Source of the DNA: Nitrososphaera viennensis EN76
GTDB taxonomy: Archaea; Thermoproteota; Nitrososphaeria; Nitrososphaerales; Nitrososphaeraceae
Direction: 5' to 3'
Assembly (NCBI RefSeq): GCF_000698785.1
Contig: NZ_CP007536.1
Span: 2,340,001-2,372,000, forward strand
DNA: 32,000 bases
The notes below the pieces were generated by a model that worked only from the letters and a program-made list of their open reading frames with translations, did not search any database and was not told the origin of the DNA. Positions 23,015-31,129 of this stretch are shown here, piece by piece. Position 1 is the stretch's first letter; each line of letters opens with the position of its first letter. The translations under genes and the position numbers were made by a program.

Positions 23015-24397
23015 TTAACCTAATGTGTCTTGGGCGGCAAACTTTTCGATTATCCTGCCCATGCATTTCGTGCACTTGTTCAGGAGGTCTATTCTCGCAA
23101 ACTCGTTTGGCGAGTGGATGCGCGCAAACATGTACGTGCTCCCGACGGATATGCAGGGCGCCTTGAGCACCTTGACAAACGAGTACATCGGGCCGGTGCC
23201 GGCAGAAGACACGCTCCGTATGGAACTGCCAAACGCCTTCCTTGCCGCCTCGTCCACCTTTTTCACGAACGGGTCGGAGATGGGAGTCCTTGCCGCCGCC
23301 TCGCCGTGGATGAAATTGACCTGTATGTCTGAAAAGCCGTGGTCCTTCAGGTGCCTTTTCAGCCGCGCCAGCTGCCTTTCAGGCACCATGCCCGGCACGA
23401 GGCGGAAGTCGATTTTTGCCCGCGCCCTTGCCGGGAGCACCGTTTTTGCTCCCTCGCCGATGTAGCCCGAGTCAAAGCCGGCGATGTTGCAGGTAGGCAT
23501 CCCGACAAGCGCCTTTTTGGCGTCCTTGCCCCGGGCGCCTGCCACAAAGCGCCTGATGCCGTACTCGTTCTTGAATTCCCCCTCGTCAAACGGCTCTCTT
23601 GAAATGACCGCAAGCTCTTGCTTTGTAAACGGCCTGACCTCCTTGTACCAGTCCTTTATCGTGACCCTGCCTGACTTTTCGTCGCGCATCGTCGATAGCG
23701 CCGACACAAGCCGCCACGCCGGGTTTTCGATGAGCACCGCAAGGCTGGAATGCGCGTCCCTCGACGGTCCTGTTGCAATGAGCTCGACGTACAGGAGGCC
23801 CTTCATGCCGAGGCTTATTATCGGCCTGTCCTTTGCGTCGACGTAGCCAAACTCCCATATCACGCCGTCGCACGCAAGTTTTTCTTCGTATTTTTTCAGG
23901 TACTGCTCGACATGCACGCTCCCGACCTCCTCCTCTCCTTCCACCATGAACTTGATGTTGCAGGGGACGTCGCCAGTCTCCTTCAGGAAATACTCGACTG
24001 CCTTGATGCGGGTTATCAGCTCGCCCTTGTCGTCCGCCGAGCCCCGCCCAAAGACCTTGTTGTCCTTGACGGTGCCGCTGAACGGCTCGTCCTCCCACAG
24101 CTCCAGCGGCTCCTCCGGCTGCACGTCGTAGTGGTTGTAAAAGAGAAGCGTCTTGGCGGCAGGGTTTGCCCTTGATTTCACTTCGCCATAGACGATGGGC
24201 GGCACGGTCTTGTCGTCATCGTCGAGGTACAGCACCTCGGAGTTGATGCCTGCCTTTTGCATCATCTTGGCGACAAGGTTTGCGCATTCAACGAGGCCGA
24301 CCTTTTTTGCCGAGACGCTCGGCTGCCTGATTAGCGCCTGCAGGTCCGAGATCAGGTCGTTCATTCCGGCGTCGACGAGGGAGTCTATCGTCATCAT
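23015..24397 (-). CDS. M20-family metallopeptidase (ArgE/DapE/CPG2-like dipeptidase/deacylase)
   Basis: Motifs are LLFYNHYDVQP, GRGSADDKG and MVEGEEEVGS. I set the start at MMTIDS (24397). The listed 5' extension to 24469 runs through a TATA-like box (24425-24432) and into a MITE-like element. Confidence 0.88.
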   Translation of the reverse strand: MMTIDSLVDAGMNDLISDLQALIRQPSVSAKKVGLVECANLVAKMMQKAGINSEVLYLDDDDKTVPPIVYGEVKSRANPAAKTLLFYNHYDVQPEEPLELWEDEPFSGTVKDNKVFGRGSADDKGELITRIKAVEYFLKETGDVPCNIKFMVEGEEEVGSVHVEQYLKKYEEKLACDGVIWEFGYVDAKDRPIISLGMKGLLYVELIATGPSRDAHSSLAVLIENPAWRLVSALSTMRDEKSGRVTIKDWYKEVRPFTKQELAVISREPFDEGEFKNEYGIRRFVAGARGKDAKKALVGMPTCNIAGFDSGYIGEGAKTVLPARARAKIDFRLVPGMVPERQLARLKRHLKDHGFSDIQVNFIHGEAAARTPISDPFVKKVDEAARKAFGSSIRSVSSAGTGPMYSFVKVLKAPCISVGSTYMFARIHSPNEFARIDLLNKCTKCMGRIIEKFAAQDTLG

Positions 24398-24444
24398 CAA
24401 TAGTCGGTAACACTCAAGATATTGAAAATAAAGGTTGCTTTCAG

Positions 24445-24603
24445 GTACACTGTTAAGTTGGCTGCGCATTTTGCCCTTTTTATTCGGATGTTAAGTTACG
24501 GATGGTTTTTTGGCATGGTGAACACCTGTACGTCGCACAATATCACCCGCAAGTTAACGCCTGGCAGAAAAGATGGAAATCAGCAGCCAACTTAACAGTG
24601 TAC
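24445..24603. mobile_element. MITE-like non-autonomous element, 159 bp, with 21-bp perfect terminal inverted repeats and a 6-bp target-site duplication
   Basis: The left TIR is GTACACTGTTAAGTTGGCTGC (24445-24465). The right TIR (24583-24603) is its exact reverse complement. Direct TTTCAG flanks lie at 24439-24444 and 24604-24609. There is no internal ORF, and a subterminal TGTTAAGTT copy lies at 24489-24497. Confidence 0.65.
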
Positions 24604-24610
24604 TTTCAGG

Positions 24611-24682
24611 GGCTCTGTTAACTTATCGTTTGCTCAATGATATATGAGACAGATGCCTAGCCGACGGTAAATTAACAGAGCC
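24611..24682. repeat. Inverted repeat GGCTCTGTTAA / TTAACAGAGCC with 11-bp arms and a 50-nt spacer
   Basis: I read it directly at 24611-24621 and 24672-24682. It shares the CTGTTAA core with the adjacent MITE termini. Confidence 0.4.
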
Positions 24683-25093
24683 TCTTACGGGCTTTTGCTC
24701 TTCCAAAATACATAACTCGCAGCAAGCACAATTCCCACAAAAATTAGCACCAACGGAATAATGCTATCATCTAGACCGAATGAATAAGGATAAAATTGTA
24801 TGATAGCTCCTATGATTATCAAGAGAAAGATAGAAAGCAGTATTGGATCGCGAAAAATAGCATAATAGATGCCTTTAGATAACTCTTCATCTTGTAATTT
24901 TCATACATATTCTCTTGTAATCAGGTTCGGTTATTGCAATCTGCCATTAAAAGTCATCAGATTGACACAGCCAAAATACGACCCGATCAGAATTTGCTAG
25001 CATGCGCCGCGCCGTTACAGCCTTTCAAACGGCAATCATCAACCGACAAGGAAGGATAATAACAATATTACACTCTCGTAGTAGAGCTACTCG

Positions 25094-25360
25094 ATGACTG
25101 TAAAGTTACAGTTGATCCTCCTTGCTGCAGTAGGCGTGACGATCACAATCGCGTCATCTTGTTCCTGCGGTGGCGAAGCTTTGGCGCAAACCGACAGCAC
25201 CAATTCAACTGATTCAGGACAGAACACAGAGGAAGTCGCAATTCATGTAGAGGGGAGAACCAATACTGTTTTTCTGGCTTATCGCTTGGCTCCTGCTGTC
25301 GCAATAGTGGCTGCCTTTGTTGGTTTTATAATATGGAAGCAAAGACGCAACAAATCCTAG
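25094..25360 (+). CDS. Small secreted / C-terminally anchored protein, hypothetical
   Basis: The 88-aa ORF has an N-terminal signal-like segment, an acidic Ser/Thr-rich middle and a C-terminal TM (PAVAIVAAFVGFIIW) followed by KQRRNK. Confidence 0.45.
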   Translation: MTVKLQLILLAAVGVTITIASSCSCGGEALAQTDSTNSTDSGQNTEEVAIHVEGRTNTVFLAYRLAPAVAIVAAFVGFIIWKQRRNKS

Positions 25361-25448
25361 CTCCGTGTGTTTTAGCAGCGTCTAAATCCTTGACAAGTTA
25401 TGGCGCTGCGCTGCAAAGTCATTAAAATGATAATTGCCATAATCCTGC

Positions 25449-25805
25449 ATGGCAAGTAGTAGTAGCAGTACTAGCCTTCAAAATTCAAAATGGCAAAGCT
25501 GCATAGATGCCTGCATGCGCTGCGCCGAGGCGTGCGAGTTCTGTGCTACGTCTGACCTTAAAGAATCGGACGTAAAGATGATGGCAAGTTGCGCCCAGAT
25601 AAACAGGGAATGCGCGGCCGTCTGCTGGACTTCTGCATCGCTGATGTCGATGGACAGCCAGTTTGCAAAGCAGTTCTGCGACCTGTGCGCGACTGTCTGC
25701 GACGCATGCGCAAAAGAATGCAACCGGCATACCGTCGACCACTGCAAAATGTGCGCAGAGCAGTGCCGCAGCTGTGCCGACGAATGCAGGCGCATGACGA
25801 AATAA
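25449..25805 (+). CDS. Cys-rich four-helix-bundle metal (copper)-binding protein, DUF326 family
   Basis: It has repeated Cx2-3Cx3Cx2C patterns (CIDACMRCAEACEFC, CAQINRECAAVC, CDLCATVCDACAKEC, CKMCAEQCRSCADEC). These are typical of DUF326/YhjQ-like proteins. Confidence 0.8.
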   Translation: MASSSSSTSLQNSKWQSCIDACMRCAEACEFCATSDLKESDVKMMASCAQINRECAAVCWTSASLMSMDSQFAKQFCDLCATVCDACAKECNRHTVDHCKMCAEQCRSCADECRRMTK

Positions 25806-25852
25806 AGACTGCACAGCCTGTTCATGTCAAAATAACAGGAGTGATTGCATGG

Positions 25853-25987
25853 ATGGCTTTCAAGTGCAAAAAATGCGACATGGAATTTGACGACAAGGAG
25901 CATCTAGAGCGCCACAGGCAGGTGCACGGCAGAAAGCCAAAGGTGCGCTATGCCGGCGAGATTAACTTTGACCATGTGGGAGTCTAG
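25853..25987 (+). CDS. Small classical C2H2 zinc-finger protein (44 aa)
   Basis: MAFKCKKCDMEFDDKEHLERHRQVHGRK... fits C-x2-C-x12-H-x3-H exactly. AGGAG lies about 12 nt upstream. It is the 3' portion of the listed mixed ORF 25589..25987. Confidence 0.6.
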   Translation: MAFKCKKCDMEFDDKEHLERHRQVHGRKPKVRYAGEINFDHVGV

Positions 25988-25990
25988 GTT

Positions 25991-26251
25991 CTAGCCTTCG
26001 ATTTCTTGGCGCCTGATTATCAGGAGCGCGACGCCAAAAGACCCTGACAGCAAACCTGCGATGAGCAGGTTGGGATAATGCACCACAAATGCGGGCGGGA
26101 CATGCGCCGTGCTGCAGCCTCTTCCGCACCTCGGCTTGAATTCCTCGCTACTATTTCCGGCCAGGAACTGCGAATAGGCGCCCACGCTGACGCTCAGCAA
26201 GAGGCCTGCAACGATCACCGCGCTTACCCCTAGCATGATAAACGGTTTCAC
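25991..26251 (-). CDS. Small two-TM membrane protein, hypothetical
   Basis: The 86-aa ORF has two hydrophobic helices flanking a loop that contains CGRGC. Confidence 0.5.
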   Translation of the reverse strand: MKPFIMLGVSAVIVAGLLLSVSVGAYSQFLAGNSSEEFKPRCGRGCSTAHVPPAFVVHYPNLLIAGLLSGSFGVALLIIRRQEIEG

Positions 26252-26490
26252 CTTGTTATCCCTCCATGTCAGCCGCCGGCTCTACTACTACCGGCATAGC
26301 CAAGATAACGCAAAACGCGGATAAAAAATCTGCGAAAAGGAGGTGCGCACCGTGACAGCAGCCCTCCAAGGCAAGGTGCAAGCTCCGGGAACAGAGGAGC
26401 CGCGTACACACGCCCGGAGGAATCACGGTGCAAAGAAATCTTGCTTGGGGATGCAATATAATCTAATAATATAATATCAGCGGCTGCCCA

Positions 26491-27021
26491 TCAGTCATTT
26501 ACCGGGCAACTAAATCCGCTCTTGCCACTCATCATCTGCGAAAACTCGTCCCCGGACATCTCCTTGCTCTGCGATACTGGCACAAGGCCAAGCAGCCTGG
26601 ATTCCAATGTCATCTTTACCTTCATGCCGGCGTCGCCTGCACTACTCTTGCCGTTCAGGCTGTCTGCAAACGACTGGAACACTGCCGCAAGGGCCGCCCT
26701 GCCGTTTATCTGGAGCGCGCCGTCCACTGTGGTAGCAGCATTTGCCGGGACGGAGCCATTTTCAAATTCCATCGTGGCAAAGTCGCTGTCCTTGTACGTC
26801 GCCACGAACTGCAGCCTGTCAAAGCCCGCTGGAAAAGGCGTCGGGTTGCACACATCCATCGCAACGTCTGTGGACGACTGGGAAAAGTTGTACCCCTGCG
26901 CCCCGCGCGACCTGTACTGGAGGTTTGCGTTGGCGTAGCTGCTGGCCGCAAGCAGCGAAACAAAGATTATTGCCGCCACCGCGGCCACTCCTGCAGCTAT
27001 GTACCCCGTTCTCATCCTCAC
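26491..27021 (-). CDS. N-terminally anchored protein, tentatively LEA type-2 (LEA14/NDR1-HIN1-like) fold
   Basis: An N-terminal TM is followed by VAMDVCNPTPFPAGFDRLQFVATYKDSDFATMEF..GSVPANAATTVDGALQIN. This resembles the LEA_2 pattern NPNxFxh...hxYxhxxxGxxhA. The family call is from memory only. Confidence 0.55.
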   Translation of the reverse strand: MRMRTGYIAAGVAAVAAIIFVSLLAASSYANANLQYRSRGAQGYNFSQSSTDVAMDVCNPTPFPAGFDRLQFVATYKDSDFATMEFENGSVPANAATTVDGALQINGRAALAAVFQSFADSLNGKSSAGDAGMKVKMTLESRLLGLVPVSQSKEMSGDEFSQMMSGKSGFSCPVND

Positions 27022-27085
27022 AATTCCGGAAAGCGCATAATAGTTAAGACTTGAGTAAGCTCTTTCTGTACTCTAGTGCTCTGCT

Positions 27086-27490
27086 CTATTTCTCGAGGTC
27101 GCGCTTCCAGTTCCCGATCTCGGCGTCAAATGCCTTCAGTTGCTCCTCAAACTGCCCGTCAGTCATGCCGTCTGGCCGTACAAACGTCCAACTGACCGTC
27201 GCGCCGGCCTTGTTTGGAATCACGCGCACATAGACATCCCACGTGACGTCCTGCCATGCAAAGACGTGGTCAAGTATGCCATGCTCTTTTGAAACAAGGG
27301 CGTGCCTTATCCTTGCCTTTCCCACAGGCGTGTCGCCGGACCACCATCCGCCGTCGCCGGTCTTGACAAGCGACTTGATGGCGCCTCCTGCTTCCAGGTT
27401 TTTCATGTCCTCAAAATACGCAAACGCGTCTTGCGCGCTCTTGCTGGTAGTCAGCGTCTTGACAATCACTTTTCTTGGCTCATTGCTCAT
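27086..27490 (-). CDS. SRPBCC (START/AHSA1/polyketide-cyclase-like) superfamily protein
   Basis: The 134-aa ORF has size and strand/helix alternation typical of SRPBCC proteins. The family assignment has moderate confidence. Confidence 0.7.
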   Translation of the reverse strand: MSNEPRKVIVKTLTTSKSAQDAFAYFEDMKNLEAGGAIKSLVKTGDGGWWSGDTPVGKARIRHALVSKEHGILDHVFAWQDVTWDVYVRVIPNKAGATVSWTFVRPDGMTDGQFEEQLKAFDAEIGNWKRDLEK

Positions 27491-27552
27491 ATGTGCAGTA
27501 TCTGAGCAAGGATAACTAGATAAGGACCATCTCCCCCATAGGGGGTAAGTGG

Positions 27553-28322
27553 ATGATAGACCGGCAGCTGGTGGAGCTTGGGCTCACGCAGGGCGAGGCC
27601 CGCGTCTTTCCCTGCTAAAGCTTGGGCCTTCACGGGTGGGAGCGGTTGTCAAGGACTCTAAAGTGTCGTACTCGAAGGTCTACGACGTGCTGGAGCGCCT
27701 TGCCTCAAAGGGCCTGGTCAGCCATGCGACCATCGGAAACATCAGGCACTTTAACGCAGTCGAGCCTTACCGCCTGCGCGACTATTTGCAAAAAAAGGAG
27801 GACGCTCTAAAGGCGCAAAAGGCGGCTGCAGAAGGGCTTGTCGTCGAGCTTGCCAAGGTGGCAAACAGGAACAGGGCACATGGGGCAGAGATATTTACAG
27901 GGGACAGGGGGCTCCGCACCGCCTACGAGATCCTGCTCAAGGACGCGTCGAAAAACGACGTGCTGCGCTACTTTTACCCGTTTGACGATTACCATCCCGT
28001 CGCCACGCCGTTCTACTCCCGACTCTACCTTTTCCAGAAGGAAAAGAGGATGGCAGCCCAGCGCGGCATCGGGACGGTCGCGTTCAGCAGGTCGGCGCAC
28101 TATCGTGAGATCGCCGGCATGGTCGATATGAGGTTCGTCCCGTTCCCGCTCCCCGGCACGATGGACGTCTTTCAGGACAAGCTGCTGATGGTGTTGTGGG
28201 AGGGCAAGATTGGGATACTCGTCACGTCAAAAGAGATCGCCGACCACTTTGCGCGGTACTTTGACAGCGTGTGGCAGGTGGCTGCTGCTAGTACCGGTAC
28301 TCGTCGCCGCAGTCGCCGATGA
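27553..28322 (+). pseudogene. TrmB-family transcriptional regulator with an apparent -1 frameshift inside the wHTH-coding region
   Basis: The frame from the ATG at 27553 gives MIDRQLVELGLTQGEARVFPC*. The listed frame then continues ...LSLLKLGPSRVGAVVKDSKVSYSKVYDVLERLASKGLV. Together they rebuild the canonical TrmB N-terminus (LGLTxxEAxVYxxLLxLGPxxxxxxxxxxxxxxSKVYDVLxRLxxKGLV). The junction is at the T3 run 27607-27609. Confidence 0.75.
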
Positions 28323-29289
28323 GCTCAAACAGGTTGCGCGACCTTGCAGTCACCGCCTCTATCCTCTCCCTGTCTTCATCGTCAAGCTTCAACCCAAAGA
28401 TGCGGGCGTTGTCATGCCTGTGCTCCGCTATTCCAAGCCGTGCGCCTATGATGACCCCTGCAACCGCCGGCCTGTCAAGGATATAGCGCGCAGCCACGTT
28501 TGCAATACTTGCGTTGTGCCTGGCAGCGACCTGCTTTAGCGCCGCCAGCAGTTCCTGAAACAGTTTCCAGCCGCCCCATACGTCTATCATCTTTTTGTAC
28601 TTGCGCAGGCTCGGCGTGTCAAGCTGGGCGTTTCCCGGCTCGGGACTGCCAAGGTATCTCTCTGACAAGAGGCCGCCGCACACCGTGCCGTATGCAAGAA
28701 TCACAGAATTGTTCTTGCTGCAAAACTCTTGCATCTTTACCTGCGGCCGCTGGTCGATTATAGAGTACTGCACCTGGTTTGAAACGATCTTGATCCCCGC
28801 GTCGGCCATGTCCTGCATGTGGTCCGTGTCAAAATTGGTCAGGCCGACGTTGCGCACCCTGCCTGCGTCCCGGAGCTCCGACAGGTGCACCAGCGCGTCG
28901 AGCCACGCGGGATTTGCATAGTCCCACCAATGGAACTGCACGAGGTCTATCGACTCGACGCCCATCCTGCGCCGGGAGCGCTCGATAGCCTGCTCCACCA
29001 CTGCCCTTGTCATGCGCGCAGGCTCTGGCACGAACTTGGTGAACGCTTGCATTTTTGCCAGCTCGCTCTCGCCTTTTTCTTCAGCAAGCATCCTCCTGAA
29101 GCCGCCTATGAAATCCTCCGCCGGCCCGTAAATGTCGGCAAGGTCCCAGCTGGTAAAGCCGGAATCGTGGTACGCCATCATTTCGCCGATTGCCTTTTCG
29201 TGCTCTATCCTGCCATGGCCTCCTGCAACCTGCCACATGCCGTTCAGTACCCTGCACACCCTTAGATCGCCAAGAGCCGCGGTTTCCAC
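28288..29289 (-). CDS. Aldo/keto reductase family oxidoreductase
   Basis: The 333-aa ORF shows the AKR pattern: SWDLADIYGPAEDFIGG, IDLVQFHWWD, VRNVGLTNF and NQVQYSIIDQRP. The start codon is GTG. Confidence 0.88.
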   Translation of the reverse strand: METAALGDLRVCRVLNGMWQVAGGHGRIEHEKAIGEMMAYHDSGFTSWDLADIYGPAEDFIGGFRRMLAEEKGESELAKMQAFTKFVPEPARMTRAVVEQAIERSRRRMGVESIDLVQFHWWDYANPAWLDALVHLSELRDAGRVRNVGLTNFDTDHMQDMADAGIKIVSNQVQYSIIDQRPQVKMQEFCSKNNSVILAYGTVCGGLLSERYLGSPEPGNAQLDTPSLRKYKKMIDVWGGWKLFQELLAALKQVAARHNASIANVAARYILDRPAVAGVIIGARLGIAEHRHDNARIFGLKLDDEDRERIEAVTARSRNLFELIGDCGDEYRY

Positions 29290-29388
29290 GCTCTTGCTAT
29301 CATTCCACGCGCAATTTATGTATATTATCTACTATTGATCTTCGGCAATAGAAGAATTTTATGATCCACGAACCTCTTTAATATGATG

Positions 29389-29562
29389 GGTGCGAGAGCT
29401 CTTACGAGCGATAACGAGCGCCATAAACAAGCCGTTCAACAGGAAGGGCAAGTATCGCAATCCCGAATACGACGACAGCGAGATCGAGGGCATGATGCGC
29501 TATTTCAAGCTGTCAAACTACTATGACCTCTTGCGCCTGCTCAAGAACATGTGCAGAGAGTA
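29389..29562 (+). CDS. Possible small protein (57 aa); below the ORF-track length cutoff
   Basis: My own translation from GTG gives MRELLRAITSAINKPFNRKGKYRNPEYDDSEIEGMMRYFKLSNYYDLLRLLKNMCRE**. It is helical-looking, ends in a double stop, and an AT-rich promoter-like region lies upstream. Confidence 0.35.
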
Positions 29563-29566
29563 ATAA

Positions 29567-30055
29567 TTAATTCTTGAACAGCCTGACGAGCCTTGCCATA
29601 TAGTTTACAAGCACGAAAAATACTGCCCATGCCGCTATGGACGCTGCCATTGCAGAAATGTATGCATCATTGCCTGATGATGACTGCAACAGCTGGAACT
29701 GCACCCCGACCTTGGTGAGCGAAAACGCCACTTCAGACACTGAAAATGTAGCAAGCAGTTTTTTGATGTCAGCTCTCACCCTCTTGCCGTCGCGCCTGCC
29801 TGTCGCCGGTTCGATGTACTTGCTCCTGTTGTCCCAGTAGTACAGAAAAGCAAACGCCGGTATGTACACCGAGTATTCTGCGGCAAGCGTGATTGCCGAG
29901 TTGGCAAGGCTGTTGCTGGTTTTGTCATAGCCCGAGTACAGCTGGGCCACCAGCGCGCCGGTGAAAAACGCACCCAGGCCTGCGATGATGATGTTCCTGT
30001 TAAAGTTGATTGCTTCTCGGTACCGCTTGAAAAAGCCTGATTTCTCGCCGCTCAA
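29567..30055 (-). CDS. Membrane protein, hypothetical; 4-nt overlap with the 3' end of tyrS
   Basis: The 162-aa ORF has 3-4 hydrophobic helices. Its start overlaps the tyrS stop at 30052-30055, which suggests co-transcription. Confidence 0.6.
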   Translation of the reverse strand: MSGEKSGFFKRYREAINFNRNIIIAGLGAFFTGALVAQLYSGYDKTSNSLANSAITLAAEYSVYIPAFAFLYYWDNRSKYIEPATGRRDGKRVRADIKKLLATFSVSEVAFSLTKVGVQFQLLQSSSGNDAYISAMAASIAAWAVFFVLVNYMARLVRLFKN

Positions 30056-31098
30056 TTCAGCGCCGGCTCTCTTCCCTTGAAATGTTTGTACACCGGCTCG
30101 ATTATCCTGTTGACGTACGTCGCAGCCGCGTTTTTCAGGTCCATAGGGTGGATTTTTTTTGCGACAAAATCGCTTTCGACTTCCTTATAGCCGCCGTACG
30201 TCGTGCTGCCGCCGTACTTGGCCGGCCTCTCTACCGTAAACTCGGAAAACTCGTGGAACGCGACATAGCGCACAAGCTCAAGCACGGGGTTGCCCTCCGC
30301 CACGCCGACTGGGCAGAACGCCTTGGCTATCTTTTCCCTTATCGCCTTTTCATCGTCGTGTATCAAAATCCCGCTTGCCGGCTTGCTCTTGCTCATCTTG
30401 CTTGACACCTTGGCGTCTTCGGTTGCGTTTTCGTCAAGGCCAAGCTTGACCGGCTCTGTAAGGCCGGGGAGCAGGTGGTGGTGGACGCACACTGGCGGCT
30501 TCCATCCCATCTTGGGGAATATCTCCCGTACAAGCATGTGGATCTTGCGCTGGTCCATCCCAGAATGCACGATGTCAAGGTCAAGCGCCTTGATGTCGAC
30601 TGACTGCATGGGCGGGTACAGGAGCTGGCCGAGGTCCATGTTGTCCGTCTCTTTTCTGCCCATTATCGTGAGCGAGCGCATGGTCCTTGCAAGCGTCATG
30701 TGCTTTGAAAAGCGCACGAAATTCTCCCAGTATCCCGGCGTCTTTTCGTACAGGTCGCTGCCAGTGACGACATTGACTCCGGGGCAAAAGAACTGGAACG
30801 CGTCGGCGTAGTACTGCGACACCTTTCGTATCCTGTCCCAGTCTCCTCCCAGCTTGTCGTTGATGTATGTGTGCCAGTCGGCAAGAAAGACCGTGCAGTC
30901 GATTCCTGCCTTGATAAAGTCGTTTATCTTGAAACCCGTAAGTATCAGGCTGCCAAGGTGCAGTATGCCGGATATTTCGAGCCCGATGTAGTGCCTTGGC
31001 CGGCTCTTTGTCTCAAGGAGCGCCCTCAGCTCGCCTTCAGTGATTACTTCTTCTGTAGGCTCTCTCATGACAAGCGCGACGCGCTCTTCAACATCCAT
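30052..31098 (-). CDS. tyrS: Tyrosyl-tRNA synthetase, archaeal type
   Basis: The KMSKS motif (SSKMSKSKP) is present. The HIGH-region equivalent is YIGLEISGILHLGS, and FLADWHTYINDK and YPPMQSVD are also present. The length of 348 aa is typical of archaeal TyrRS. Confidence 0.9.
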   Translation of the reverse strand: MDVEERVALVMREPTEEVITEGELRALLETKSRPRHYIGLEISGILHLGSLILTGFKINDFIKAGIDCTVFLADWHTYINDKLGGDWDRIRKVSQYYADAFQFFCPGVNVVTGSDLYEKTPGYWENFVRFSKHMTLARTMRSLTIMGRKETDNMDLGQLLYPPMQSVDIKALDLDIVHSGMDQRKIHMLVREIFPKMGWKPPVCVHHHLLPGLTEPVKLGLDENATEDAKVSSKMSKSKPASGILIHDDEKAIREKIAKAFCPVGVAEGNPVLELVRYVAFHEFSEFTVERPAKYGGSTTYGGYKEVESDFVAKKIHPMDLKNAAATYVNRIIEPVYKHFKGREPALN

Positions 31099-31129
31099 CT
31101 ATCTCTCGTAAAAGCGGGCCGTCGCAGTT

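Noticed and set aside
24398-24469. N-terminal extension of the M20 peptidase ORF containing SNLYFQY, which resembles a TEV protease site (ENLYFQ/G) and might suggest an engineered construct.
   Set aside because: It is not an exact TEV site: S replaces E, and Y sits at P1'. The extension is read out of a TATA-like box and the MITE terminal repeat. The natural start is MMTIDS at 24397, so the resemblance is coincidental.
26256-26456. 66-aa minus ORF, plus a ~41-codon + strand ORF behind a strong AAGGAGGTG (about 26337), in the gap between two small membrane-protein genes.
   Set aside because: Both translations are compositionally implausible (Cys/Arg/His-rich or basic low complexity) and unrecognisable. 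They are too short to support, so I left the region unannotated.
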